Part shown: positions 40,082 to 47,970 of the stretch, one piece after another
Layout: each line of letters opens with the position of its first letter
Position numbering within the stretch: the stretch's first letter is position 1
IMG/VR virus record: IMGVR_UViG_3300050821_004478
Strand: one strand, 5' to 3'
Source: a virus
DNA: 64,000 nt
Translations under genes and position numbers: made by a program
Notes under the pieces: model-generated
Told to the model about the DNA's origin: nothing
Databases searched by the model: none
The model's input: the letters and a program-made list of their open reading frames with translations, nothing else

Positions 40082-42156
40082 AGACCGCTGTCATCCTAGT
40101 CGCGACAGGCGAACGTTACGCAGGGCACATCGCGCCGATGATCGCATCTCTGAGAGATTTCTTCCCACCGTGCGATATACTCTTGTTCACCGACAGCAAA
40201 GATTCTTTTGACGCAATCAAGTTTGATTATCTGGACCTGGGATGGCCGGACGCTACCATGATGCGCTATCACGCCATCTACGAGCAGCGGGGCTTCCTGC
40301 TGGCGTATGACCACGTTTATTACATGGACGTGGACTTACGGGTCGTCAGCAAGATAGCACTCGACGAAATTTTTGCTGGCGGAATCACCGCAGTCCTACA
40401 TCCGGGTTTCCCGGAGGCTTGGGAGCGTCGCCCGCAATCTGCCGCTTACGTCGGCAATGGCTCCACATATTATCAAGGCTGCTTCGTTGGTGGAAGCACC
40501 GGCGCATTTCTTCACATGTGCGCCAGTATAAGCAAGAGCATCGACGCAGACAATGAGAAGGGAATTACCGCAGTCTGGTTCGATGAATCGCACTTGAATC
40601 GCTATCTGCACGACAACCCGCCTGGAAAGGTCTTATCTCCCGCCTACGCTTATCCGGAAGGCTGGACCGGGCTGGTCCCCAAGATTCAGCACTTAGAGAA
40701 GCCCGACCAGTCTTGGAAGGATAGCAACAAGATCGTCAGAGGCTTTTGGTCTGGTCCAGAATTAACGAACATCCAGAAACTGTGCATCCGCTCTTACATG
40801 CGGCACGGCCATGAGTTCCACTTGTATGTAACACAGCCAACGGAAGGCATCCCGAAGGGAACGGTAGTCAAAGATGCAAACGAGATTCTACCCAAGTCTA
40901 GATTAGCGGAGTTTGACAACAGCGTGCACTTCTGCGACTACTTTCGGGTCCTCCTGATCTTGAGAGAGGGCGGCTGGTATGTAGATTTGGATACGGTGTG
41001 CCTGCGCAAACTAGACTTCCCGGAGCCTTACGCCTTCGTATCAGAAGAGAAATTGGGCGCTCGTCGATCTCCCGATACGGATGTCATCCCATCTTCCGAC
41101 AAAGTCCAAGAGTATCTCAGCGGCTGCGTCTTCAAGGCACCGAAGGACGCGGAAGTTTTGAAGTACATTGCCAACAAGATCGAGAGCATGGATAAGATGC
41201 ACCCGGAAAGTTGGATATCCTTCGGCCCCGCGCTATTCAAAGAGGCCGTCCCGAAATTCGGGCTGAGCAAATATGTCAAGGCCCCGATAGTACTCGATGC
41301 CATGCGATATGATGAGATGCTGCACTTCGTATCTCCCGGACTCAAGCGATGGAATTTCACAGACCGGTCTTACTTGATTCACTTGAGAACATCTGCCTGG
41401 ACCGACGGCGCTTTGGTGCCTAATAAAATATATCACCCGAGGTCTTTGTTTGAAGAACTGAAGGTCCGAAACAGCGTAGAGACCCGAGTATCCATAGTGA
41501 TTCCTTGCTACAACATGAAGGAGTATTTGAAAGAGACCATCGAATCGGCCTTGGCGCAGACTTACAGAAACTTCGAAGTGATCGTGGTCGACGACGGCTC
41601 GATGGACAATGTTCACACAGTGTCCCAGCAGTTCGTAGATTCAATCGTGTGGATACGACAAGAAAACCAGGGACTGAATGTGGCCCGCAATACCGGAGCC
41701 AAGGCCGCCACAGGCGATTTGCTCCTATTCTTAGACGCTGACGACTTACTCGACTCCCACTATCTTGAGAAAACCGTGCCGCTTATGAAGGCAGGCGTCG
41801 GCATAGTCTCAACGGATATGCAGTACTTCGGGTTATCCGACCTGCGAATACCGACCGCCGAGACTTTGGAGCAGCAGAAAGTATCCAATCAGATGCCGTA
41901 CTGCCGCCTCATCCTTCGAGAGGCTTTCGAGCAGGCCGGTGGATACAGCATGAATCTGGATATCTGGGCCTACGGTGATTGGAATCTTTCCTTAGACATT
42001 TTGAAGCGAACTTGGAAGTGCGCTGTCCTGCATGAACCGTTATTCAAATACCGGATGCGCCCCGGCTCGATGAGGAGCATAGCGGGCCAGACTCATGAGC
42101 AGATGTGCGCAGCGATTCGAAGAAATCATCCAGACATATTCCCGGAGGGAAAGTGA
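40078..42156 (+). CDS. Three-domain glycosyltransferase: GT6 + GT32-like (DXD sugar-binding) + GT2 (692 aa)
   Basis: aa 1-200 carry 'YYMDVDLRVV', 'HPGF..ERRPQSAAY', 'YYQGCFVGGSTG' and 'ITAVWFDESHLNRYL..KVLSPAYAYPE'. The middle has 'FWSGPELTNIQKLCIRSY...FCDYFRVLLILREGGWYVDLD'. The C-terminus has 'VSIVIPCYNMKEYLKETIESALAQTY..EVIVVDDGS..LLFLDADD'. Confidence 0.8.
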   Translation: MKTAVILVATGERYAGHIAPMIASLRDFFPPCDILLFTDSKDSFDAIKFDYLDLGWPDATMMRYHAIYEQRGFLLAYDHVYYMDVDLRVVSKIALDEIFAGGITAVLHPGFPEAWERRPQSAAYVGNGSTYYQGCFVGGSTGAFLHMCASISKSIDADNEKGITAVWFDESHLNRYLHDNPPGKVLSPAYAYPEGWTGLVPKIQHLEKPDQSWKDSNKIVRGFWSGPELTNIQKLCIRSYMRHGHEFHLYVTQPTEGIPKGTVVKDANEILPKSRLAEFDNSVHFCDYFRVLLILREGGWYVDLDTVCLRKLDFPEPYAFVSEEKLGARRSPDTDVIPSSDKVQEYLSGCVFKAPKDAEVLKYIANKIESMDKMHPESWISFGPALFKEAVPKFGLSKYVKAPIVLDAMRYDEMLHFVSPGLKRWNFTDRSYLIHLRTSAWTDGALVPNKIYHPRSLFEELKVRNSVETRVSIVIPCYNMKEYLKETIESALAQTYRNFEVIVVDDGSMDNVHTVSQQFVDSIVWIRQENQGLNVARNTGAKAATGDLLLFLDADDLLDSHYLEKTVPLMKAGVGIVSTDMQYFGLSDLRIPTAETLEQQKVSNQMPYCRLILREAFEQAGGYSMNLDIWAYGDWNLSLDILKRTWKCAVLHEPLFKYRMRPGSMRSIAGQTHEQMCAAIRRNHPDIFPEGK

Positions 42157-43148
42157 AAATTCTCATCACAGGTGGCGCAGGATTTATTGCCGCGCATTTT
42201 GTCGATCATGTTTTGAAAACAACTGATTGGGACGTCGTCCTTCTCGACAAGTTAACGTACGCATCGAATGGTCTCCAGCGTTTAATGGAGATCGGTGCAT
42301 GGCCTAACAATCCGCGCGTCAAGATTCACGTTGCAGATGTCGCGAAACCGCTGGGCAAGTGCCTGGAGGCAGAGATCGGCCACATCGACTACCTGCTTCA
42401 CATGGCAGCTGGGACCCATGTCGACCGCTCGATTGCGTGTCCCCGCGACTTTGTGGAGGCGAATATCTTCGGAACCTTCGAGATGCTCGAATACGCCCGC
42501 CGCATCCCAGGACTCAAAAAGTTCTTCTACTTCTCGACCGACGAGGTCTTCGGGCCAGCCAAAGTTGGAGAGGCATTCAGAGAGTGGGACCGCTACAATT
42601 CGACCAATCCGTATTCCGCAACAAAGGCCGGTGGGGAGGAATTGGCACTGGCGTGGTCTAACACGTACGGCGTCCCCGTAATCATCAGCCACACGATGAA
42701 CGTTTATGGGGAGCGCCAGCATCCGGAGAAATTCATCCCACGGGTGGTCAGCGCACTTCTCAACGGAAGGACCCTCGATATCCACGTTGACCCGGTGACC
42801 GGCAATCCCGGCACAAGAAATTACCTACACTGCCAGGACGTGTCCGAGGCCGTCATGTTTTTATTGGAGCGTGGACTGAACCGTGAGAAGTACAATATCA
42901 CAGGAATGCAAGAGTATTCGAATTTGCATGTCGCTAGAGTGATCGCGAAAGTCCTAGGAAGGGAACTAGCTTATCGCGAGATTTACCCTCAAACGATTCG
43001 CCCCGGCTTCGACGTTCGATACGGTATGGACGGCAGCAAGCTGGCCGCGATGGGATGGATGCCATCGAAAAGCCTTGACACCAATCTCAAAAATACGGTA
43101 GAGTGGATGGTGCGAGCAGAAAACAGGCATTGGCTGTATTTGAAGTGA
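42153..43148 (+). CDS. Extended-SDR NDP-sugar 4,6-dehydratase/epimerase (RmlB-like) (331 aa)
   Basis: GTG start after GGAGGG. Motifs 'ILITGGAGFIAAHF', 'FSTDEVFG' and 'YSATKAGGEELA' (YxxxK). Confidence 0.75.
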   Translation: MKILITGGAGFIAAHFVDHVLKTTDWDVVLLDKLTYASNGLQRLMEIGAWPNNPRVKIHVADVAKPLGKCLEAEIGHIDYLLHMAAGTHVDRSIACPRDFVEANIFGTFEMLEYARRIPGLKKFFYFSTDEVFGPAKVGEAFREWDRYNSTNPYSATKAGGEELALAWSNTYGVPVIISHTMNVYGERQHPEKFIPRVVSALLNGRTLDIHVDPVTGNPGTRNYLHCQDVSEAVMFLLERGLNREKYNITGMQEYSNLHVARVIAKVLGRELAYREIYPQTIRPGFDVRYGMDGSKLAAMGWMPSKSLDTNLKNTVEWMVRAENRHWLYLK

Positions 43149-43160
43149 TATATTTCATCA

Positions 43161-43183
43161 AAACCCCCTCATTCGGGGGGTTT
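43161..43183 (+). terminator. Rho-independent (bidirectional-type) terminator closing the glycosyltransferase block
   Basis: aaa-ccccc-tcattc-gggggg-ttt. Confidence 0.8.
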
Positions 43184-43200
43184 CGTGACAAGGAATAACA

Positions 43201-43356
43201 ATGACAGTGCTCAATAAAATCATGTGCTTCTTTTTTGAACACGATGATGTGCCAGAAAATATACAAACACTCTTTACCGACAACGGCGGCTGGCATGATG
43301 TTGTTTATTCCTGGCGCTGCACGGTATGTAATCGACTCAGAGAATTTGAACGATAA
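43201..43356 (+). CDS. Hypothetical protein (51 aa; below track cutoff)
   Basis: AAGGA SD. Translation MTVLNKIMCFFFEHDDVPENIQTLFTDNGGWHDVVYSWRCTVCNRLREFER. Confidence 0.4.
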   Translation: MTVLNKIMCFFFEHDDVPENIQTLFTDNGGWHDVVYSWRCTVCNRLREFER

Positions 43357-43364
43357 GGAGGATT

Positions 43365-43874
43365 ATGGCGGACTTCAATCAGGCGGTGCAGAAGACTTTA
43401 ATCAACGAGGGCGGTTTCCAAAACATCCACGGCGACAGCGGCAACTGGACCGGGGGCGAGGTCGGCAAGGGCGAACTGAGGGGCACGAAATATGGTATCA
43501 GCGCCGCCGAATTCCCCAACCTCGACATCTTCAATCTGACCCAAGATCAGGCCATCCAGATTTACCGGGAAGGCTATTGGAAGGATGGTTACTCTCAGAT
43601 CACTGATCAATTGCTGGCTGACAAACTATTCGACCTGGGTGTTCTCTTCGGCGTCGGGGAGGCCGTGAAGCTGCTACAAATCACAATGGCCAACAAGATC
43701 AGCTTAGTCACCGATGGTGAGTTTGGTCTCGGCACGCTATCGGCGGTGAACCAGTCCGCAAATCTGCTGCCCGCTTACAAGACCACGTTCATCAATCACT
43801 GCATGAATATCATCAACCACAATCCGGCGAAGGCACAGTTCGCGAATAATTGGGTACGTAGGATTAATTCGTGA
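43365..43874 (+). CDS. GH108-family endolysin with PG_binding_3-like C-terminal domain (169 aa)
   Basis: AAGGAGGA SD. 'FNQAVQKTLINEGGFQNIHGDSGNWTGGE...YGIS', 'IYREGYW' and 'FDLGVLFG', followed by 'DGEFGLGTLSAV'. Confidence 0.8.
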   Translation: MADFNQAVQKTLINEGGFQNIHGDSGNWTGGEVGKGELRGTKYGISAAEFPNLDIFNLTQDQAIQIYREGYWKDGYSQITDQLLADKLFDLGVLFGVGEAVKLLQITMANKISLVTDGEFGLGTLSAVNQSANLLPAYKTTFINHCMNIINHNPAKAQFANNWVRRINS

Positions 43875-44266
43875 TAACGATGGGCCGACATTGGATGAGC
43901 GCGTTGGTCTCGTGGATTCCTGGGTTGAAGCATCCCGCTACTCCCAAGATAATCTATATGAACTGCTATGAGTACGACCGGGTCCGCCGCGCCATAACCG
44001 GACGATGCAAAATCTGCAACTTTGTTGTCACCCGGGACGAGAAGGCCGTTCGAGAGTTAGTCTTTAAATGCGGAGATACATCCTGCGACTGTCAGAGGAC
44101 GGGACTTAGCAGGCCACATCCAGTTTGTCATCTGTGTTACGACATGTTCCATGCACTGTATGCGAACTATACGATGGTGAATCGGAATTATTTCAAAGAG
44201 TTAGACGATCAGGATAAAGCAAATTCCGGCGACAACCCGGAGAAACGCAGGAGGATGGGCTTATGA
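43871..44266 (+). CDS. Cys-rich hypothetical protein (131 aa)
   Basis: GTGA coupling. Confidence 0.5.
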   Translation: MITMGRHWMSALVSWIPGLKHPATPKIIYMNCYEYDRVRRAITGRCKICNFVVTRDEKAVRELVFKCGDTSCDCQRTGLSRPHPVCHLCYDMFHALYANYTMVNRNYFKELDDQDKANSGDNPEKRRRMGL

Positions 44267-44484
44267 GGCACTTGATATCAACGATTCAATTCGCGCAAGG
44301 TTGGCTAGGAAATGAGTTGGCGAATGCTGCTAATGATATTACAGCAAATGACGGCGACACCACAATTGCAAAGAAAGTCATGGAGCAGTGGCAGGTCATC
44401 GACGAGGGGCTGGACGACGTCCTTCGAGAGAACGCTAATCTACGTCGCAAAGTACAGCTTATGAGAGAAGCACTGGCACTGTGA
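44263..44484 (+). CDS. Hypothetical protein (73 aa)
   Basis: ATGA coupling. Confidence 0.5.
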   Translation: MRHLISTIQFAQGWLGNELANAANDITANDGDTTIAKKVMEQWQVIDEGLDDVLRENANLRRKVQLMREALAL

Positions 44485-45008
44485 ACCTTCGCTGGAATAG
44501 TTTCCTGAGACGGTTCGAAGCAGAATTCTCTGGTGATTTTGCAGGAGACCTCGCCGCCGTCAAAGAAGCAGGATTCAAGACAGACGGGGCACCGGGGTGG
44601 ATATGGCACACGTTGAAGGCTGGACCTCTTACAAAGTTACGCACCCTCCGTCCCGGGTTACTCACTATCTCCCCGGAAGCCCGGGCGCAGTATACCCCTA
44701 TGGCTGCGATGGAGGAGAAGAACGCCGAGATCAAAGCCAAGGCAGCCAGCCACAACAAGGCTTCGAAGAAAAAGTTGAAGATAGCGGAGCAGATTGCAAA
44801 CGCGGTGGTGATTCCTGAGAAAGGCTACATCGATGCCTCCGACCTGCCGCCCCGCCCTCCGTATGTTTCCCCGTTTACCCCTCCCCCGCCGCCCGCCACG
44901 CTGTGCATCGTATGCGCGGCCCCCATCTATTTCTATGAACTGCAGTCCCCTCCGACCTGTCTTTGGTGTGAAAAAATAGTGCTTGACAAAACCGAAGAAG
45001 TCTGTTAG
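44481..45008 (+). CDS. Hypothetical protein (175 aa)
   Basis: GTGA coupling. C-terminal CxxC...CxxC. Confidence 0.5.
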   Translation: MNLRWNSFLRRFEAEFSGDFAGDLAAVKEAGFKTDGAPGWIWHTLKAGPLTKLRTLRPGLLTISPEARAQYTPMAAMEEKNAEIKAKAASHNKASKKKLKIAEQIANAVVIPEKGYIDASDLPPRPPYVSPFTPPPPPATLCIVCAAPIYFYELQSPPTCLWCEKIVLDKTEEVC

Positions 45009-45011
45009 CCT
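44983..45011 (+). promoter_or_regulatory. Promoter TTGACA-17-TAGCCT (TGn extended)
   Basis: ttgaca aaaccgaagaagtctgt tagcct. Confidence 0.5.
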
Positions 45012-45026
45012 ACTTTTGGAGGTATT

Positions 45027-45248
45027 ATGACAAAACTGTTCGCATCTTTAGTTATTCTTGTTGCAATGGTCCTGGGCTTATCGATGTTGATGGCATATCC
45101 CACGATGTGGATTGTGAACTATCTGTTCACCGCCCAATTACTGACTTTCGTTTTCGGTGCCGCGAAGATCGGTTTTTGGAAGGCCCTCGTTCTCAATGTA
45201 TTCTTCGGCACCGCATTCAAAAGTTCCAATTCGAGTTCAAAAGATTGA
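45027..45248 (+). CDS. Small multi-pass membrane protein (73 aa), holin candidate
   Basis: GGAGG SD. Two to three hydrophobic helices and a polar C-terminal tail. Confidence 0.4.
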   Translation: MTKLFASLVILVAMVLGLSMLMAYPTMWIVNYLFTAQLLTFVFGAAKIGFWKALVLNVFFGTAFKSSNSSSKD

Positions 45249-45273
45249 TCGGCTAAGCCGGAAAGAGGTAACA

Positions 45274-46497
45274 ATGAAAAAGACCATCCTAGCATTAGTT
45301 TTTCTCGCATTTGCATCGCCCGCGTTCGCGTGGAATTGTAGCGACCCGCTTGCATCACGCGTCCCGGTAGTATCTGGCACGTCCGGTTCCTTCGGGAATG
45401 GAGACGGCCAACTGTTCCTTGGCACAGGTAGCGAAGGAACGAAAGGACAACTATACCAATGTCAAGTTCCGAAACCACCGGTAACACCGCCAACACCGCC
45501 TACGGTCAATCAATCGCAGAATCAGACGCAGAACTCCTCCGCAAACTCAAATGCGACTTCGAATTCCAGCGCGAATTCGAAATCTACCTCCAGCGTAACG
45601 GGGGGCAACTCGACAAGTACATCCACAGGTGGCTCCGCGACAGCTACGGGCGGGTCTTCGGTGGTGAAGAACAGTGGCAATTCCATATTGACCAACTCAG
45701 GGAATTCATCCAATACAAACAATACCACAGCAAACGGTGGTACGGGAGGTTCCGCGAGTTCATCAAACAATTCTGCCGGTAATGTCACCAGCTTCGTCGA
45801 CAATCAGGTCCGCCAGACGCCGATGGCATACGCTCCGGACGCGGCCTTCACCACGTCACCGTGCGTGAAAGGCTTCTCAGGTGGCGTATCTCTCCCGGGT
45901 GGCGCAGGCAGTCTAGGGGTGAGCAAGACCGACAAGGGTTGCGATTCCCGACAGACCGCAGTTGTTTTCTACGCACTCGGCAACAAGACCGCAGCGGCGA
46001 GGATACTTTGCAGCAGCGATGCTGCCAGACGCGCCAAGCTGACCTTGGATGATTGCCTAGCTATCGTGGTTCCGCCAGTCCCCCAGATCGTGGTCCCACA
46101 GCCCCCAGCAGCCCCTCAGCCGCAGGTTATCGTTGTACCAGCCCCACAACCCGTTCTGGCCCCGATAGCAGCCCAGCCGTCCCCAGACTGCAATCAGCCC
46201 AAGGCGGTTCCGGTTCACTATACCCGGGTCTGCAAGGCCAGTACCAAGATCGCGACTATCGGCTTTTGCAAACTTCACAACAGCATCCCAGACCCCGGCT
46301 GCTACGTAATTCTAGACGAAGCCGTGGGCGCAATTGGGGTAAATAATAATGCAAGAATTGTCTTGACAGGCCCGGTGGAATCTGGTAGAGTGGTCTTGTA
46401 CTTGAAACAGCACAAGATCAGTTTGAACCAGATCACCTTGAAGCTGGCAGACGATCAGAACGGGACGCTTACCGTCCAGACAGAGATCGGAGAGTAA
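45274..46497 (+). CDS. Secreted protein with long Ser/Asn/Thr/Gly low-complexity region and Pro-rich segment (407 aa)
   Basis: Signal 'MKKTILALVFLAFASPAFA'. About 100 aa of 'NQSQNQTQNSSANSNATSNSS...GGTGGSASSSNNSAGN', then 'PPVPQIVVPQPPAAPQPQVIVVPAPQP'. Confidence 0.65.
   Translation: MKKTILALVFLAFASPAFAWNCSDPLASRVPVVSGTSGSFGNGDGQLFLGTGSEGTKGQLYQCQVPKPPVTPPTPPTVNQSQNQTQNSSANSNATSNSSANSKSTSSVTGGNSTSTSTGGSATATGGSSVVKNSGNSILTNSGNSSNTNNTTANGGTGGSASSSNNSAGNVTSFVDNQVRQTPMAYAPDAAFTTSPCVKGFSGGVSLPGGAGSLGVSKTDKGCDSRQTAVVFYALGNKTAAARILCSSDAARRAKLTLDDCLAIVVPPVPQIVVPQPPAAPQPQVIVVPAPQPVLAPIAAQPSPDCNQPKAVPVHYTRVCKASTKIATIGFCKLHNSIPDPGCYVILDEAVGAIGVNNNARIVLTGPVESGRVVLYLKQHKISLNQITLKLADDQNGTLTVQTEIGE
46363..46391 (+). 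promoter_or_regulatory. Promoter TTGACA-17-TAGAGT (within the 3' end of the upstream gene)
   Basis: ttgaca ggcccggtggaatctgg tagagt. Confidence 0.45.
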
Positions 46498-46498
46498 C

Positions 46499-46930
46499 AT
46501 GCAAAACGCGAAGGAATACATCAAGGAATTGGAGCGAAGCGGCGCTGTATTCCATCGCGTGGAGCACGTCTCCAATAAGGCGGCAACTATGTTCAACCCA
46601 GGAGAAGATTTGCAGCATCTCGTGAAGACCGCGACGGAACAGATGACGCGTCACGATGCCAGCGACGTCGCCTTTTACGACGACGAAAAGCCGGAACTGA
46701 TTCAAATTACAGCAATCTCCGACCGCGTCGTAATCGCGCGGCAGGAAGCACCTCACTACCTAGCAGGAATTAAGCCGTCCGGTCGCGCGGTGTGGACCCA
46801 CAGCATGAAACTGGCGGTGGCATTCGATACGCCGTCGCTTAAACTAGGCGAAGTGTTGGACCGTATGGAGCACTACCAGATCGATGTGCTGGCTATGCCA
46901 GCTTGCTGGTTTAGCAATCACCAGCCGTGA
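46499..46930 (+). CDS. Hypothetical protein (143 aa)
   Basis: ORF track. Confidence 0.6.
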   Translation: MQNAKEYIKELERSGAVFHRVEHVSNKAATMFNPGEDLQHLVKTATEQMTRHDASDVAFYDDEKPELIQITAISDRVVIARQEAPHYLAGIKPSGRAVWTHSMKLAVAFDTPSLKLGEVLDRMEHYQIDVLAMPACWFSNHQP

Positions 46931-47109
46931 GACACGACTGCTTCGCAAAGGGTAAGGCCGGGGAGTACATATGGCTATGCTCCCGCTGCCAACTCTGTTA
47001 CGTTTGTTATCACAGAGCGGTTTTCTTTTTCGACGCAGATCAGTGGATGTGGAAAACAAAGAAGGGCAAGTTCGAGGAAGTCATCTTAGACGGGAGACTA
47101 CATGAGTGA
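46927..47109 (+). CDS. Cys-rich hypothetical protein (60 aa)
   Basis: GTGA coupling. Confidence 0.4.
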   Translation: MRHDCFAKGKAGEYIWLCSRCQLCYVCYHRAVFFFDADQWMWKTKKGKFEEVILDGRLHE

Positions 47110-47440
47110 CAAAAAGCTACACAAGAAACAGCCCCAGAAGCAGGCCGCGCCGTTAACGCAGGAAGAGTTTGCCGCATTGCAGATCGCAAAGGTGAAGGCC
47201 CAAGCGGAAGCGAAGGCGGAACGAGAGCGCGTCGAACTTTTCGCTCGCGCGTTGCCGAAATTGTCCCACGGTCAACTCGTGAAGGAATTGAAGAAGGCTG
47301 TCCATAGAGAGTACGCGGGTAAGCCGCCCCAGCCCCAGGCCGGGTTGAGCATCGCCTCGGGAGCAATTTTACTTACGGTGTTGGAGAACACCAATACCCC
47401 GGAGAATCCTTTCGGAAGACTGCACTCGTACCCGCGATGA
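47102..47440 (+). CDS. Hypothetical protein (112 aa)
   Basis: ORF track. Confidence 0.55.
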   Translation: MSDKKLHKKQPQKQAAPLTQEEFAALQIAKVKAQAEAKAERERVELFARALPKLSHGQLVKELKKAVHREYAGKPPQPQAGLSIASGAILLTVLENTNTPENPFGRLHSYPR

Positions 47441-47580
47441 AAAACAAACGCCTCATCGAGATTATGATAAGCATTCACAAGAAGGTAGATGTGAATGCGT
47501 TGTCCGACGATCAATGGCGCGAATATCAGAAGGAACGTCAGGAAATGGAACAAGAGTTAAAGGAATATCAACGTGTTTGA
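47437..47580 (+). CDS. Hypothetical helical protein (47 aa)
   Basis: ATGA coupling. Confidence 0.4.
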   Translation: MKNKRLIEIMISIHKKVDVNALSDDQWREYQKERQEMEQELKEYQRV

Positions 47581-47659
47581 ACTGTTATTCTGCCCTCAAC
47601 ACGGGATTCCTGCAGTCGTTATCGCGTTCCTCACCGGGAGCGACCCAGGAATTTTGTAC

Positions 47660-47688
47660 TTGACATGTCAGATGCATTATGCTAGAGT
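47660..47688 (+). promoter_or_regulatory. Promoter GTAC-TTGACA-17-TAGAGT (TGn extended)
   Basis: ttgaca tgtcagatgcattatgc tagagt. Confidence 0.65.
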
Positions 47689-47715
47689 CGTATCGTTGTT
47701 CAAAAGGAGGGCCTA

Positions 47716-47970
47716 ATGGCTCAAACATTAACGGAAATACAAAGAACCTTGCTTGGCATCATCGTCGCCGTTGAATCTGGCGTTACCACACCGGAGGAGG
47801 CTGTTGACGAATTGAACAAACTGAAAGCCAAGGCCGCGAAGGCTGGTCTCAATTTCAGAGCGGATTACTTGTTGGCCGACTTCCAAGAAATTAGAAAAAA
47901 TTCCATTTCCTCGTATGAATCAAGTACATACGTGGAGCCAGTCTATGAAAGTTCTTCTTCGAGCTACTGA
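47716..47970 (+). CDS. Hypothetical protein (84 aa)
   Basis: AAAGGAGGG SD. Confidence 0.6.
   Translation: MAQTLTEIQRTLLGIIVAVESGVTTPEEAVDELNKLKAKAAKAGLNFRADYLLADFQEIRKNSISSYESSTYVEPVYESSSSSY

Noticed and set aside
42282-42785. 167-aa minus-strand ORF and two plus-strand off-frame ORFs
   Set aside because: They overlap the RmlB-like SDR gene, which has clear GxxGxxG and YxxxK motifs.
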